A stretch of DNA of 56,664 nt, the filler included, from Catajapyx aquilonaris (Eukaryota): NCBI GenBank assembly GCA_000934665.2. It is 4 parts of 4 records of this genome, joined end to end, with 100 filler letters (N's around TTAATTAATTAA, not from the genome) between each part and the next. Parts side by side here need not be neighbours in the genome. Positions count along the whole stretch, not along the records: positions 1 to 13,981 come from JYFJ02007923.1; 3 more parts are not named here. One strand, given 5' to 3'. Of this stretch, positions 1 to 12,314 are shown in pieces. The stretch's first letter is position 1, and every line of letters starts with the position of its first letter. The position numbers were made by a program, and so were the translations under genes. Under the pieces are notes generated by a model that worked only from the letters and a program-made list of their open reading frames with translations, was not told the DNA's origin and ran no database searches.

Positions 1-372
1 TCTTATTGATCTCTTAGCAACGACCTGCTTATAAACAAGCAGCTTGTTGATTTTTCCAATAACTGTTGGTGCCACAGAGTTGGATCACCCTGTATATAAC
101 ATAGCAGAACTCTTTGTGCCCGCCAGACGCGTCTGAGCGCACCCATATTTCCTTGTCTATGAACCCCCTCTAGATGGCGTTTCCGGACACGGGTTCCTAT
201 GTCGAAAATACTTGTCTTGGTCCCCTCTATTACCCCTAGAAGTTTGTAAAGTTAGGTCGTAAACACCCTGTATAGACGAATAGACCCTGCCACAAATGGA
301 AAAAATGAAGGTGCATATGTTAAAGATGTTGAAACATTATTGTTCTGTATATATTATCTCTGAAACATAGTT

Positions 373-537
373 TAGTTTAGTTTAGTTTATTTGTGTACCC
401 AGCTAGGCAGATGCCCATCATACATGGGGGGCTCCTCCAGATCTTCATTTTACAAAAATTTTCACTACAACTTATCCTTGGGTCCCTTTATGTACAGTTT
501 AAAAATGCAAAGTACATGGTAGCTGCAAAGGGGGGTG
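373..537 (-). mobile_element. 5'-truncated non-LTR retroposon 3' end with (TAAAC)n tail and 15-bp target-site duplication
   Basis: CTCTGAAACATAGTT occurs at 358-372 and 538-552, flanking 165 bp that ends on the minus strand in AATAAACTAAACTAAACTA. Confidence 0.6.
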
Positions 538-555
538 CTCTGAAACATAGTTATA

Positions 556-850
556 CATGGTGAATCATAACTCCAGGTCAAACTCCTGCCCAGGATCTCA
601 TTAGCCCAATGCAAGTCTAAAATACAGGGGAGAGAAATGTCAAAACATCAACTGTTATTGTTAATGACTGAGGTGATGATTCACATAACCCATGACATGG
701 GCTATACTCGAAAATTAATCTGTGCATAAAATTCAGGATATGTGACAACCAAATGTTCAAAATGGTTTGGGTTTTTGACCTAGGTGTGAGATATTACTGG
801 ATGAACTAGTACCCTGTCATGAGATTGACCTGGAGTTGTGACTCACCTTG
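556..850. mobile_element. Tc1/mariner-type MITE
   Basis: Left end TA|CATGGTGAATCATAACTCCAGGTCAA matches the reverse complement of the right end TTGACCTGGAGTTGTGACTCACCTTG|TA; both ends are TA-flanked. Confidence 0.65.
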
Positions 851-1188
851 TAGAGCAGGGATTCTCAAATAGGGGTGCTCACACCCCCACGGGGTGTGAG
901 GTGGTATCTCTGTGGGTGCGGAGCAAGGTACCCCTGGACTTTGTTTTACCAAGCTCTTGGTTTTACTATGGACGCACTCAATGTTTTGGGCCAAAACACA
1001 TTGGGCAATGTTGGACATACCGGTACAGGTTGCCCCACTACTTACTTTACCCGGCATTTCTTTAATAACTTTAACATTAATGAAGATATCACAACGAAAT
1101 TTGAACTAAACTAACCTTATTAGGTAAGAAAGAAAATGGCATCACAACATGTGCTAGGAATGGCCACCATTTGTGTCCTAGCACCGAA

Positions 1189-1388
1189 GCAGTAGTGGTG
1201 GAGTGGATATGGTGTCCGACTGCTAATTGGGAGGTCCTGGGTTCGAATCCCGGAGGCCGGCGACCCTGACCATGGTTTTCTGTGGTTTCCCATGGTCCTC
1301 GCAGGATAATTCCGGGGTCGTTACCGTAATCATAGGCCACAGCCGCTTTCTTCCTTCCCTATCCCTGCTTCATTCCGATGAAAAAATA
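1189..1388 (+). mobile_element. tRNA-derived SINE
   Basis: A-box-like TAGTGGTGGAGTGG and B-box GGTTCGAATCC (1240-1250), then a non-tRNA body (GGTTTTCTGTGGTTTCCC...GGCCACAGCCGCTTTCTTCC) and an A-rich end. Confidence 0.75.
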
Positions 1389-2151
1389 TAGTCTGGGCCC
1401 TAAGCGTCTTAACCTTGCATTTTGGGATAAGAAGGTGCCACTTGGCACATATGTTCCTTAGGCCTATAGGAGCAATTCCAGAGTTGCAGGCAACTGATCG
1501 GCCCCTTAGGTCACGATTTATGCGGTGTTACCAACATGGCCTGGGATGACCTGAGCGTTTTTAACGTTGCATTTTGTGATAAGAAGGTACCGCTTGGCAC
1601 ATATGTTCCCTAGGTCTGTAGGAGTCGTTTGAGACATGGCGGCACTTGATCGGCTCCTTAGGTCAGAAGTTATGCGGTGTTGCCAACCTGGTCCTGGACC
1701 TAAGCGTTTTGAACCATTTTTAACTTTGCATTTTGGGATTTTGGCAAGCATGTTCCCCAGGCCTAGAGGTTCCATTTGAGAGTTGGTGGCACCTGATCTG
1801 CCCCTTAGATCACGAGTTATGCGGTTATGCTTAGGTTCCGGACCAGGTTGGCAACACCGCATAACTCCTGACCTAAGGAGCTGATCAAGTGCCGCCATCT
1901 CTCAAATGGATCCTATACACCTAGGGAACATGTCTGCCAAGTGGCACTTTCTCATCACAAAGTGCCGAGTTAAAACGCTTAGTTCCCTGATCAGGTTGGC
2001 AACACAGCATAACTCGTGACCTAAGGGGCCGATCAGTTGCCTGCAACTCTGGAATTGCTCCTATAGGCCTAAGGAACATATGTGCCAAGTGGCACCTTCT
2101 TATCCCAAAATGCAAGGTTAGGCCTGATTTTTGCGCTTAGGGCCTGGACTA
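1389..2151. mobile_element. Foldback-type non-autonomous DNA element built from ~150-bp subrepeats
   Basis: Termini TAGTCTGGGCCCTAAGCG / CGCTTAGGGCCTGGACTA are inverted. About three forward ~150-bp units (1409-1835) are followed by about two inverted units (1838-2120), and the outermost arms are nearly identical. Confidence 0.75.
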
Positions 2152-2288
2152 ATAGTAAAAATGGAATGAGTTCCAGACAAAAAATTTGGAGAAAATTGCG
2201 AAACCCTGCTGTAGAGAATATCAGTATATTTATCAGTACAGTATCATGTAAGATCATCTACAAAAAATAATGTTGCTGGGTGCATTTA

Positions 2289-3549
2289 CGAGGTAGGCGC
2301 CAAAAGTTTCCGTCCTGGCTATGTTCCAGGGGTGATAGAAATAAAACAACTATAGTGTCAGGTAGTCCCAACTATGAGTGGAGTGATGTACAAGTTTCAC
2401 CCGGCAACGTCAGTCAGTCTCTTAGAAAAGTCAACTTTAGTCAGACGAGTTGCAACATGGTGAAAATCGAGTATCGAGAGTGATCAAGTTCCTCGCCAAG
2501 GAAAGCCTTACTACCATGTTTATTAAACAGGGCTTGGATGGTGCATATGGTGAAGCTTCCTCCTCATATTCCACCATGAAGAAATGGGCTAAAAAGGTTC
2601 GTTTGGGTTTAGAGAGCATCGAAAGCAAGCTGCGCGACTTTCGGCCCGTGGAGGTGCTGACAGCAGGGACCGTCTCTCTTGTGGAGTAGTAGTTGCTGCA
2701 AGCAGGCCCTTGGAGGTGAAGGAACCCTTATCAAGGTTGAGGCTTTCAGGCACCACCATTCCTCCCATTCTTCATGAACACCTGCACATGAAAAAGGTCT
2801 GGACAAGATGGGTGCCCCAACTTCTGTCCGCAATTCAAAAGCAAAAATGCGTAACATGTTGCGAAACGTTTTCGGACCTTCGCCGTGGCAAACAGAAAGA
2901 AGTACTGGAGTTCATTGTCACAGGAGATGAAACTATGGTCCTGTGCTATGATCCTCTATCAAAATGAGAATTAACGGAATAGCGTAGGGCATCAGGCGGA
3001 AAGCAGCCGAGTGACCCGGTCGACCAAGAAGGCCATGGTGACGGTTCTTTAGAATTCCAAAGGAATCTTACTAATAGACTTCAAGGATTAAAACACGATT
3101 GTCTACGGGGAGTCCTCCTCAGGCCTGCTGCACAGGTTTCGTGATGCCATGAAGAAGAGGAGGTATGGGAAGCTGAGTTGGGGCGTTCTCCAACTTCAGG
3201 ATAATGGACCACGTTACAGGACAATGTTTCTAAGGCTGCTGTGAGGAACTGTGGCTTCGAGGAACTTGATCACCCACCCTACTGGTCTCTAGTGACTATT
3301 ACCTGTTATCCAAACTCAAAAAAGAACTTCAAGCTACGGTTTAAAAGTGATGAAGAGGTGTAAGAGGCAGTATATGAGCATTTTGTAGAGAAAACTTTTG
3401 ACTATTTTTCCAGAGGTATTGAAATGATAATTATGAGATATGAGAAGTGCATTGGTGTACAAGGAGATTATATTGAAAAATGAGACTGTCTTTTTATTTC
3501 CATCACCCCTGGAACATAGCCAGGATGGAAACTTTTGGCGCCTACCTCG
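2289..3549 (+). mobile_element. Full-length (1261 bp) decayed mariner transposon
   Basis: ~58-bp TIRs (CGAGGTAGGCGCCAAAAGTTTCC... / ...GGAAACTTTTGGCGCCTACCTCG) with TA on both sides (2287-2288, 3550-3551), enclosing a transposase remnant. Confidence 0.92.
2457..3483 (+). pseudogene. Mariner transposase pseudogene (frameshifts and stops)
   Basis: Fragments MVKIEYR/VIKFL..YSTMKKWAK, WVPQLL, IVTGDET, QDN, HPPY/SDYYL..KLKK and C-terminal GDYIEK* are spread over several frames. Confidence 0.88.
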
Positions 3550-3813
3550 TATTTGGTAATTGCTGTGTTAACATTAAGACAGGAACTACTGACCTCCAAC
3601 AATATTCCAATAGCAGATGCTGTTTTTTTTTGTAACTTGTACTGTATGACCAAAATATCATTCAACCTTATTGGCTGTATTGACATTGAGAAACCTCAAT
3701 CTCACTACTGCAGAAGCATACAAGCTAGCTAAGTATGATGGTGTCATTTAATTTAATTTAATTTAATTACTAAAGGATCAGTATGAATATCAGATGAATA
3801 TTGAATTTTTCAG

Positions 3814-4727
3814 GGAAATGTAACCATAGATCACACAGAACAGCAGCTGGAGTTGTCAGTGAACCCCAATAAAGAGGCACCGGAAGTGACATCCCTTTAT
3901 GGTGGTGAGCCCACCTTTGCCTCTATTGCTCTCATCTTTGCTCTCTGTGCTGCAATGAACACCCCATTCTGCATGCTGGATGAATTGGATTTATTTGTGG
4001 TATGTACTCGATAAATCTATCGCAACACTTTTTAAGGATACAATAACAGAATACGGGAGGCGTGGTGGCCGAGTTGGTACTGGCTCGGCTTGCTGAGTGA
4101 AAGGTCCCAGGTTTGATCCCCGCCCGGGAGTTCCCTTTCTCCTGCGTCATCGTCAGGAGGGTCTCTGACCCATGCCTTGGAGGCGTCTGGCAACCTAGCC
4201 TCCAGGGGGACCCAGTATTCCAACATTGCAATTGCACCCATGTCTCCTCGCCGAAAAATCCCCATCCCTACCTCATGTCCTTTCTTCCCTGCACGGAGTT
4301 TGAAGAAAATAAGAAAATTAATAGAAAAATATGGTGGCGTTCCACTCCTCTAAGAGGGCCTCTGGCCCTATCACAGGGTAATACAAAAAAAACAACTGCA
4401 TATTCACAGTCACAATAGGCATATGCCAATAATATTTGCCTGATAATGTGGTGTAACTTATTGAGAGTTGCGGAAGTCTTGACCATTTATGCACAACAAT
4501 TTTATCTTCTTAAATTGAAGTAGTACCGGTAGTCTAACTGTTTCCTTTCTCATTTTTTATACCCTCAGGAGGAAGCAAACAAGCTTGCTTGCACAAACCT
4601 CTTGCTCACAATGGCAAAGCTCCATGATACATGCCAATATATATTTGTCACTCCTCTGGACCTGTACAATATCAAAACAGAGGACAAAATAAGTATCGTT
4701 CCAATGGATGATCTTTCCAAGGAATAA
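3814..4727 (+). CDS. SMC6: SMC6-like C-terminal ATPase head, last two exons (3814-3999, 4569-4727); divergent, 5' part not found
   Basis: AG/GT-bounded phase-0 exons give GNVTIDHTEQQLELSVNPNKEAPEVTSLYGGEPTFASIALIFALCAAMNTPFCMLDELDLFV|EEANKLACTNLLLTMAKLHDTCQYIFVTPLDL...SKE*. This is collinear with the SMC6 pattern G.+.IDH...L.+.V..SLSGGERSF...L....PF..LDEFDVFMD..NR...Q+IF+TP. Not present in the ORF track. Confidence 0.72.
4055..4392 (+). mobile_element. tRNA-derived SINE in the SMC6-like intron
   Basis: A-box GTGGCCGAGTTGG, B-box-like GGTTTGATCCC, unrelated body and A-rich tail. Confidence 0.7.
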
Positions 4728-5355
4728 TCAAGGTGTTGAAAATGATCACTATAGATGACTGTGTGATGTTGTGAAGTTACCGTCCATTTTCCAACACAAT
4801 ATACCAGTACTGTAGTTATACAAAATGATGTGGAAACTTAAGGACTCATGCACAGAGTCATTGAAGGAAATTCATTCCAATGTTGTACTTCACATTATTA
4901 TTTTTATCTTTCCATTTATTTCAGAGTAAATTGTGCCACTAGTGTAGTGATTGTTGTTAAGTTGCAAGTGCCCACATTCCAGTAAGTTTATGGACATTCA
5001 TAATATCAGTTTTTCCACTCTACCTAATGGCTCAGGACTTTGCAGGTGCCACTGAAATTCTGACTGCTACTGTCAATTTTAAAAATGCAATCACTCAATA
5101 ATAATATTGGCATCAAAATTTCATGAATTTCTATGTGCATATCCTAAGAAAGCCTGATTCACACACTATAACTGGATCACACATCACAGCAAATCCTGAT
5201 GTAAAGGAGCAAGTAAAAAGTTAAATCACATTATGTTTAAAACAGCCTCCATATTTAAGAAATTTGATGGAAAGAAAAAGGTTGTCATTTTTTTCTCATA
5301 CCTTGTGTATAACCCCCCCAAAAATTGCCCCGAGTCTCAATGATTAAGGGAGTAG

Positions 5356-6124
5356 TTGTGGAGTGACCAATCAAAACGCAACAAAAGCCAAAATTTTCAA
5401 AATCGAGTTATAGGTGGTAGCACGTCCTTGAGGCTCGGGTCTACGTGTCTGTTAGATTGTGACATTTCTGAATGCAATATCTACCGTGTTATAAGGGCTG
5501 GAAAATGGAGTGTTGCTTCAAAACGCAATATGTGACCCATACCGGCTACTTCAAAACGCAACATGCGCCAAGCAGCCAATGGGAGAGTGCGATGTGCAAC
5601 TGTTACAAATGGCCGTCGATATCTTACCAACCCCATAGAGTAAGCTAACCAACCCACACAGTACTACAGTAGTACGTATGTTGTTCTCATCGACTCGCTC
5701 CAACCCCGGAGGGTGCATAAGTAATAAAATTTTTAAAAAATAGCTAATAATTATCTCATGATTAGCATTGTGTTTAGATAATAATTAGTGTCAAGGATAT
5801 GGTATCATGGTTCCTGCTGATAGACGATACTAAGAATTTTTCACAGTTTAATAATACAGCCAATGATAATGATCGATCAAAACGCAACATCTGACACATG
5901 TGCCCAATCAAAAAGCAATATGTTAAATTTTGATTAATTTTTTTCTCGTGACTAGACAATTCCTGATTTCATTAACATACACCATTAACCACCTATGCAT
6001 ATGGGCATAATGTACTGCACATTTTGTTTCTTGGTCACATTCCATTTCGGAGCAATCAGTTTTTGTTGAATATCTCGAAATAGCTTTGTTGGCGTTTGTT
6101 GCATTTTGATTGGTCACTCCACAG
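5356..6124. mobile_element. Non-autonomous DNA transposon (MITE) with ~30-bp TIRs
   Basis: TGTGGAGTGACCAATCAAAACGCAACAAA at left and TTTGTTGCATTTTGATTGGTCACTCCACA at right; the CAAAACGCAA motif recurs internally. Confidence 0.75.
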
Positions 6125-6528
6125 TTATGCATACAGACATAACTGAATGTTAAAACTTCCATTGCAACAACTACCTAATTGTTATTAAGTAACAATGATA
6201 TATCCTGTCTGCTGAGCTAAGGAACTTGGCATTTGGCTTGTTACTGGTCCAGGTCCACAGCTACGCCCAACACAAATGTATTAGAATGATAGTATGACTG
6301 TGTTGGGCAGTTTATTGGATATCATTATAGGAAGCAACAATGGAATTGGCTGTGCACAAGTGGTGGGAAAAGTGGGCTCAATGGGGGAGGGTGGAGGGGA
6401 TAACTATTCCCTTCATCTTTGGGACACATAACAATTTTTTTGCTATCCACAAGATGAGAGAAAAATCACAAACTTTCGCTTTGTACCAAATCGCTTTAGA
6501 GTGACGTTTTAAAAAACATAATGCAAGT

Positions 6529-6599
<71 letters not shown>

Positions 6600-6837
6600 T
6601 AGGCCTCCTTGGGCCTTTTAGGGGATCATCTTTTAAATACCCAACTTTAATCATTTGCCTGTCTTCCGATGGGTTTTGATAGTGGGAAGAAATGGGAGAC
6701 CCCTGAGAAAACCCACACGAACACGGAGAGAACCCAACCAACCTCTCTCCACGTAAATATCCTCTGTCCGACCTGAGGATCGAACTCGGGACCTCAGAGG
6801 TGGAAGGCTGTGCCGCTAACCACTACACCACCGTGCC
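6529..6837 (-). mobile_element. tRNA-derived SINE with V-domain-like core and (ATT)n tail
   Basis: Minus strand: GGCACGGTGGTGTAGTGGTTAGC (A box), GAGTTCGATCC (B box), core GTTCTCTCCGTGTTCGTGTGGGTTTTCTCAGGGGTCTCCCATTTCTTCCCAC, then the (ATT)n tail at 6529-6597. A head fragment of the same family lies at ~8792-8842. Confidence 0.8.
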
Positions 6838-8187
6838 GTTCAATTTATCATTATACTTGCTCATTGACATCAGGATTTATTGTGATCTACTTATAGTGCT
6901 TTGAATCTAGCTTTCTTATAATACTGTATATGGAAAGAATTTCTGTATGCAACATGATTCATGCAATTTGGGTACTGGTACCAATACTGTACCAATAATA
7001 ATTGAGTTGACTACATTTTTGAAATGGATACTAGAGTAATATTTATTATTTCACTTGCATTTTGAGTAACCACAAGCTGATTTTCTGTATTCATGATTTT
7101 ATTAATGTATGGTGAATTATAGCCTACATGATACATAACATTAATACTGTCAACAGCCTTAGTCACCTGTAATTTTGGCTAGGAAACAGTGTAGGTACTT
7201 CTTACAAAATACAATTTTCCAACTTTAGATGAATTGGATCTGTGGAAACTAGTAACTTATTGCACTCCTAAAAAGCTACTTGAACAAACAGCCTGTTTAT
7301 ATTTTTTCTATCATATTTGTCAAAAATATTAAAATTCGTATGTTGAACAGAACAAATGGATGGTTTGGCTACATTTTTAAGTAAAACAGCACAGCAAAAA
7401 CTTGTTTTTGCTAAGCTGTTACTTTCATGTCTAATATGTAGTATTTTAAACACAGATATAGTAGCCAACAATGCCGATTTTCCCTAGTTCAAAATATTCA
7501 ATTATTTTCACTGCAACAATGCTAATCAAGGACAAAAGGTGGCTCATATCAATAGTACAGTAATCTGGAAGAGATTCCTGTGACTGTATGATGTGAAAAC
7601 CAGATTTTATGCATTGGGTGGAATTTTCGTCCCACTGCTAGTTACTGCTACGGTAGCAGTACCAGTGTTGGCAATGGTAGCCTACTGCTAAGTTAGCAGT
7701 ATCTAGCAGTGTGATGAAAATTCCACCCATTGTCTCTGAGCCTAAAAGTATTAGCACTACAGGAGTGCTATTGATTAAAATGTACTCCAAGAGCTTTATC
7801 ATATTATTGCTAGTCCGAAATGTTATGTGAGTAATTAAGTTTGAACGGTGTGCACTTATGTGGATTAATTGTATACCGTATCTGCTTGTAATACTTGTGT
7901 GCATTAATTGTGATTGTTGTTGTGTCATTTGAAGGAAATTTCACTGATGTGTATTAAGTTTTTGGAATGATTAATGGCATAAGACACTGAAACATTCTGC
8001 CAGAGTGTTCTTCACGTATATGACATCTGGAAGAGTTATGCCCAAGTGTGGCATCGAGATGGTAAGTTGTCTCACAATGGTACTGAAACATTTCACAGTT
8101 AGTTTAGTGAACATGTAAAGGGCACTATTTATATCTTTGCAGGTATTGCCAGGGGATCCCTCTCACTCCTCCTGTGGCAAGATTCGG

Positions 8188-8711
8188 TTCTGATGCTGAC
8201 TAGGTACTACTAGTGTTGAATGTAAAGTGTGTGAATTATTGTAGGAGTTAGTAATTTATTGTGCAAAAATAACCATAACTGGGGAGTTGTTTCCTTTGTA
8301 GTATGATACCATTTTTTGGAGGGGGGATAGTCTGGTCAGTGTGTGTCTGTGATGTGGGGAGTCATAAAGGAGGGGAAAATCAAGGTGGAGTAGTTCATGG
8401 ACAACCCCCAAATGTTCTGCTTTGTATATCAATGGTATTCTGATTTTGACTAGGTACTGCTAAGTGTTGCATATGTAACGTGTGTGAGTTGTAGGACGTA
8501 GGAGTTAGTTTTTAGTGCAAAAATAGCCATGCCTGGGTAGTTGTAGGTACTGTAGTATGATACCTGTAGACTTCCCTTTTTGGAGGTGAAGTAGTCTGGT
8601 CTAGTATAGTGTAGCTGTGACATGGGGGAATCAGAAAAAAGGGGAAAATCAGAGGGTAGTGTACTTCATGGACAGCCCCCAAATGTTCTGCTTTGTATGT
8701 TGATGGTGTTC
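8188..8711. repeat. Diverged tandem duplication (~250 and ~270 bp copies)
   Basis: 8188-8437 and 8438-8711 share TGACTAGGTACT, GTAGGAGTTAGT, AGTATGATACC, TAGTCTGGTC and CCCCCAAATGTTCTGCTTTGTAT in the same order. Confidence 0.8.
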
Positions 8712-10467
8712 TTCCATGTCATCCTCCATTGATATTGTCTGTTCTGCATGGGAAAAGTGAAATAAAGTTCTATTACTAATATTTTACAGTTAGAGGTGGA
8801 AGGCTGTGGCCGTGGCGCTAACCACTCCGCCACCGTGTCGCCCACTGATTGAACGTATATGTTGCAATATTGGACTCTCTTAGCTGCACATGGTTAACAC
8901 TATGGTTGACTGCTCATTTTGATCAGAAGTGCTTACTTTGAAAAAACACCATGTGTTGGCTAACAGAAATAAAGTGCAGAACTTCAAACATGTTGACTGG
9001 AACCTATTTTAATGTGGGAGAAAGATATCTAATCACAATATAGTCTTGCTTAACTCCACCATTTTGCCAGGAAAAACCTTCCCAAGCAGCAATTAGGCAA
9101 CCCCCTGGGCATCTTTATATGACATTTACCTGCATCAGGAACAACCTGGTAATAATTGCTTTGCATATATTTCCCACCCAAAGAGCTTGCATTCCCAAGA
9201 TGACGTGAAATGATCAGTTTCATCAAGGTTTCATGCAACAATGTACTGTACTCTTAAAATATTAAACTGTCCTTGGGGGCTTATCATGACACTGACTGAT
9301 GAAGCCACATGCCTCATGCACAGAGATCCATGCATGCCAGAGTAGTCAATCAGAGCAAGCAGGGGTGGCTCTGTGCAGATGTGTGTATGTGCAGGCATGC
9401 TTGTCAGCTTTTACTCTCATTATTTTTACTTATATTGAAATTATTATAATTTTCAGACACACTGTACAGTACAAATAATGCTGTGCCACTAGATTCTTAT
9501 TGTTGGACTATGTTGCATGTGGCACGGCCACCAACCCGTCTTCCATCAACTTGACACTGGGGCGGTAGAAGTAGCTCTTATTGTCAGTAGTACTACCCTC
9601 AAGTCAAGGGCTTGTTTGTTCACTAAACCACTTCAAGAAATGGTGAAATCAGGTACATACATCAGATTACTGTGAGTGAAACAATACACACACCATCAGG
9701 CATCAGCCAACTAGCAAGGTGGTTGCACAGCCAGACAAGATATGATACTTTTTAAAATGGTATATGAGTATGTGTAAGAATATAGGATTGATGGCAATTG
9801 GCAAACACACCTGCAGTAATAACAAGCTGTATGTGTAGCCTACTTTCAATACTGGACACTGAGTTAGAGATTTTGGAGTGACGCAGCTTCCAACTGCCCA
9901 TCAGCCCCTCAAATGTTAACCCGTTATTTATTTGGAAATGGTTGGTGATATAGTATTTCCGATAGAAAGGTCGTTCTTTACACATATGTGTTATTGAACA
10001 TTACTCAAGGTGTATGCAACAGGTAGAGCGAGTTCATAAGGGAGTTTTTTGACAAGTTTTACAGGGTATGACACAGGCATGTGAGCTGAGGTAGGAAACA
10101 ACAAATAATGTAAGAAACTACCAGTATTTAATAAAATATTCTATTATATGGGATATCCCTTGGCCAAATTCCATGGCATTACATCACATGTAGATTTATG
10201 TGAACTTTACAAGGAAAAAGATTTTGAGCAGACTGAAAAATAAGTATTTAATGCATATTGCTATAAAAAGTTAAATGAACTTTGACCATGTGCAAGTCTA
10301 CTACGAGTAGGCCTACTACCTCACATATATCATCAACTCATCATTTTGGTCAGCAGCTTGGCCATGGAACTCCTTCATATGGCAGTTCAAATACTTTCAG
10401 CATATTATAAGGGTACCTCTTTGGGTTAAATATGTGCAGACCACTTGCCTCTCATCCTTATAGCTAA

Positions 10468-10619
10468 GGCCCGGTTCACACATGGCCACTTTTTAGTGGC
10501 AGCAACTGACCACTTTTGGAAATACACAGGATTGAATTGAGAGCATGGCCATTGGCCACGTGTGAATGCTCTCATGCAAACCTGTGTATTTCCAAAAGTG
10601 GCCACGTGTGAACAGGGCC
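10468..10619. mobile_element. PIF/Harbinger-like MITE
   Basis: TAA|GGCCCGGTTCACAC ... GTGTGAACAGGGCC|TTA, with an internal inverted CACTTTTGGAAATACACAGG. Confidence 0.7.
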
Positions 10620-11848
10620 TTAGTTGGAAAAGGGGTGAATAATGAATGAGGCATGGCACATACTGCTGCCATGTGCAAGTAAATCAGCTAGCTGTTACCT
10701 CATTTTTGTCAGTGTCCAAGAGCAGGCATGGCTCTCCCTCATCTGCTTGTTCAAGTTGTTGTTGTTTTTTTTAGCTTGTATGGCTTTGTACCCAAAGGGC
10801 TCAGCACCCTCTCAGCACCCACTTGGGAATGAAATGATAACAATAAGTGATGTGGTAGTTATTATAGGTAGTGCATGAGGTAGTCCTCTGTCAGTTATAT
10901 AGTTACAGTTAGTCTTATTACCCAGATCTGCCATGCCATGCCATGCGTGGGAAGAAGCCAACCCCGGTATGACATACAGACCACACAGCACAGTGTCCGT
11001 AGTTGGGGTCCGCTGCGCTGTGCCATGTGGTGTTATCTTGTAGTACTTATACGGTACGGTACTTGACGAGCTGCAACCTTCAGACGCTTGAGGGAGCTGG
11101 TTGACACACAAAGGAATCTCCGGTTCTCCCGTCCGCCATCGGATGGCGGGACAAGCCCACATCATAATAAAGTAGTAAACCACGTAGTAAGCCGTGTAGT
11201 AACTAGTAAACCGAGTAAATCCCAGCCGGTTGTACGGTTCTGGTACAGCACCCGCGACACACCGCATGGTCAGTGGACTCTGTGTAGTACTGCTCTGAAT
11301 TCCGTGGGAGGGGCCGTACCTTTGGCCTTCCTGAGTGCACGAAAAGACCTGAGGTGAGGACTTCTTGCAGTGGTCAGGTCGGGCCAGGTAGACCGACTTA
11401 TTTTTTGGCAGATCAGGATTGATTCATATGCATTCGATGACTGGACTGGCCTGTGTACAGGGTGGAATCAAAAGTCAGCCCAGATCATTATTAGTAGAAA
11501 TTTTGCATCATCTTACACCGAATATTCACAAGGAGTGAAAGATGTGGCCACCATGCACAGAATGCATGATTTCCACAAAATGCACCTCTTTGCTGACATT
11601 TATGACAGGTTGCACATGTAGAGTCTCTCGTAAGAATAAGAATTGTCAACTGCAAATGCTACGTAAGTGTCCCTGGTTCCCTTCTAATGCAATGAATCCT
11701 AACTGCATCATAATCTTTCCATCCAGAAAAGAAGAAGAAAAATCTTGCATTGGAGCCTAGATGAGTAATACCAGTGCAAATGGCTAGAACTTATGCTTTT
11801 TTTTCCATGTTCCTTTGTTATTATGACTCAAAAATGATATACTTGCAG

Positions 11849-12046
11849 ATGAACCAAGCTGAACTTAGCCGCCTTGTATCCCAGCTCCGCATCAAAGTCC
11901 TTCCAGAGCGAAGGAGATTCCGCAATCCAGATGGACCCTTGGGTAGACTCAACAAGATGAGGAAGACTGTTAATGCCCTTTTCAAGCATGAGAGGATAGA
12001 ACTTAACTACCACAGGGCAGACGAGGCCAGGGGATATGCAGAGAGG
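11849..12046 (+). CDS. mRpL17: Mitochondrial ribosomal protein L17, first coding exon (rest lies beyond the contig or was not found)
   Basis: MNQAELSRLVSQLRIKVLPERRRFRNPDGPLGRLNKMRKTVNALFKHERIELNYHRADEARGYAER matches the insect mRpL17 N-terminus. The ATG directly follows TTGCAG and the exon ends AGG|GTGAGA. A probable 5'UTR exon ends at donor 11354 in a CpG-rich region. Confidence 0.92.
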
Positions 12047-12191
12047 GTGAGAATCTTGTGAAACCGAGATATCGGCGACGCCGGGAAGTGTGAAATCTTT
12101 TCCATCCTCCTCCTCCTCGGATAGGGGCTTTATATATATTAGATTAAGTTGTTCAAAGTGGTTTTCATAAATACAATGGAAAGTATTCCAC

Positions 12192-12314
12192 CAAGGGGTT
12201 AACAACTTCGTGGAACCGGTGTACAGGGTCCCAGTGGAACCGGCCTGGAACCGGGTGGAACCACCCAGTTCCAGGAACTGGTGTACACTTTTTTGGAGAG
12301 TTGTTAACCCCTTG
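12192..12314. mobile_element. 123-bp MITE with 8-bp TSD (hAT or P type)
   Basis: 16-bp TIR CAAGGGGTTAACAACT / AGTTGTTAACCCCTTG; flanks TATTCCAC and TACTCCAC (7/8 match); internal GGAACC repeats. Confidence 0.75.

Noticed and set aside
737..798. Possible upstream SMC6-like exon (YVTTKCSKWFGFLT*V*DIT)
   Set aside because: It has two stops, no GT donor, and lies inside the MITE at 556-850, so the resemblance is probably chance.
1189..1262. tRNA genes at SINE heads (also 4055, 6837, 47784)
   Set aside because: A and B boxes are present but I could not fold complete cloverleaves, and each continues into a SINE body and tail.
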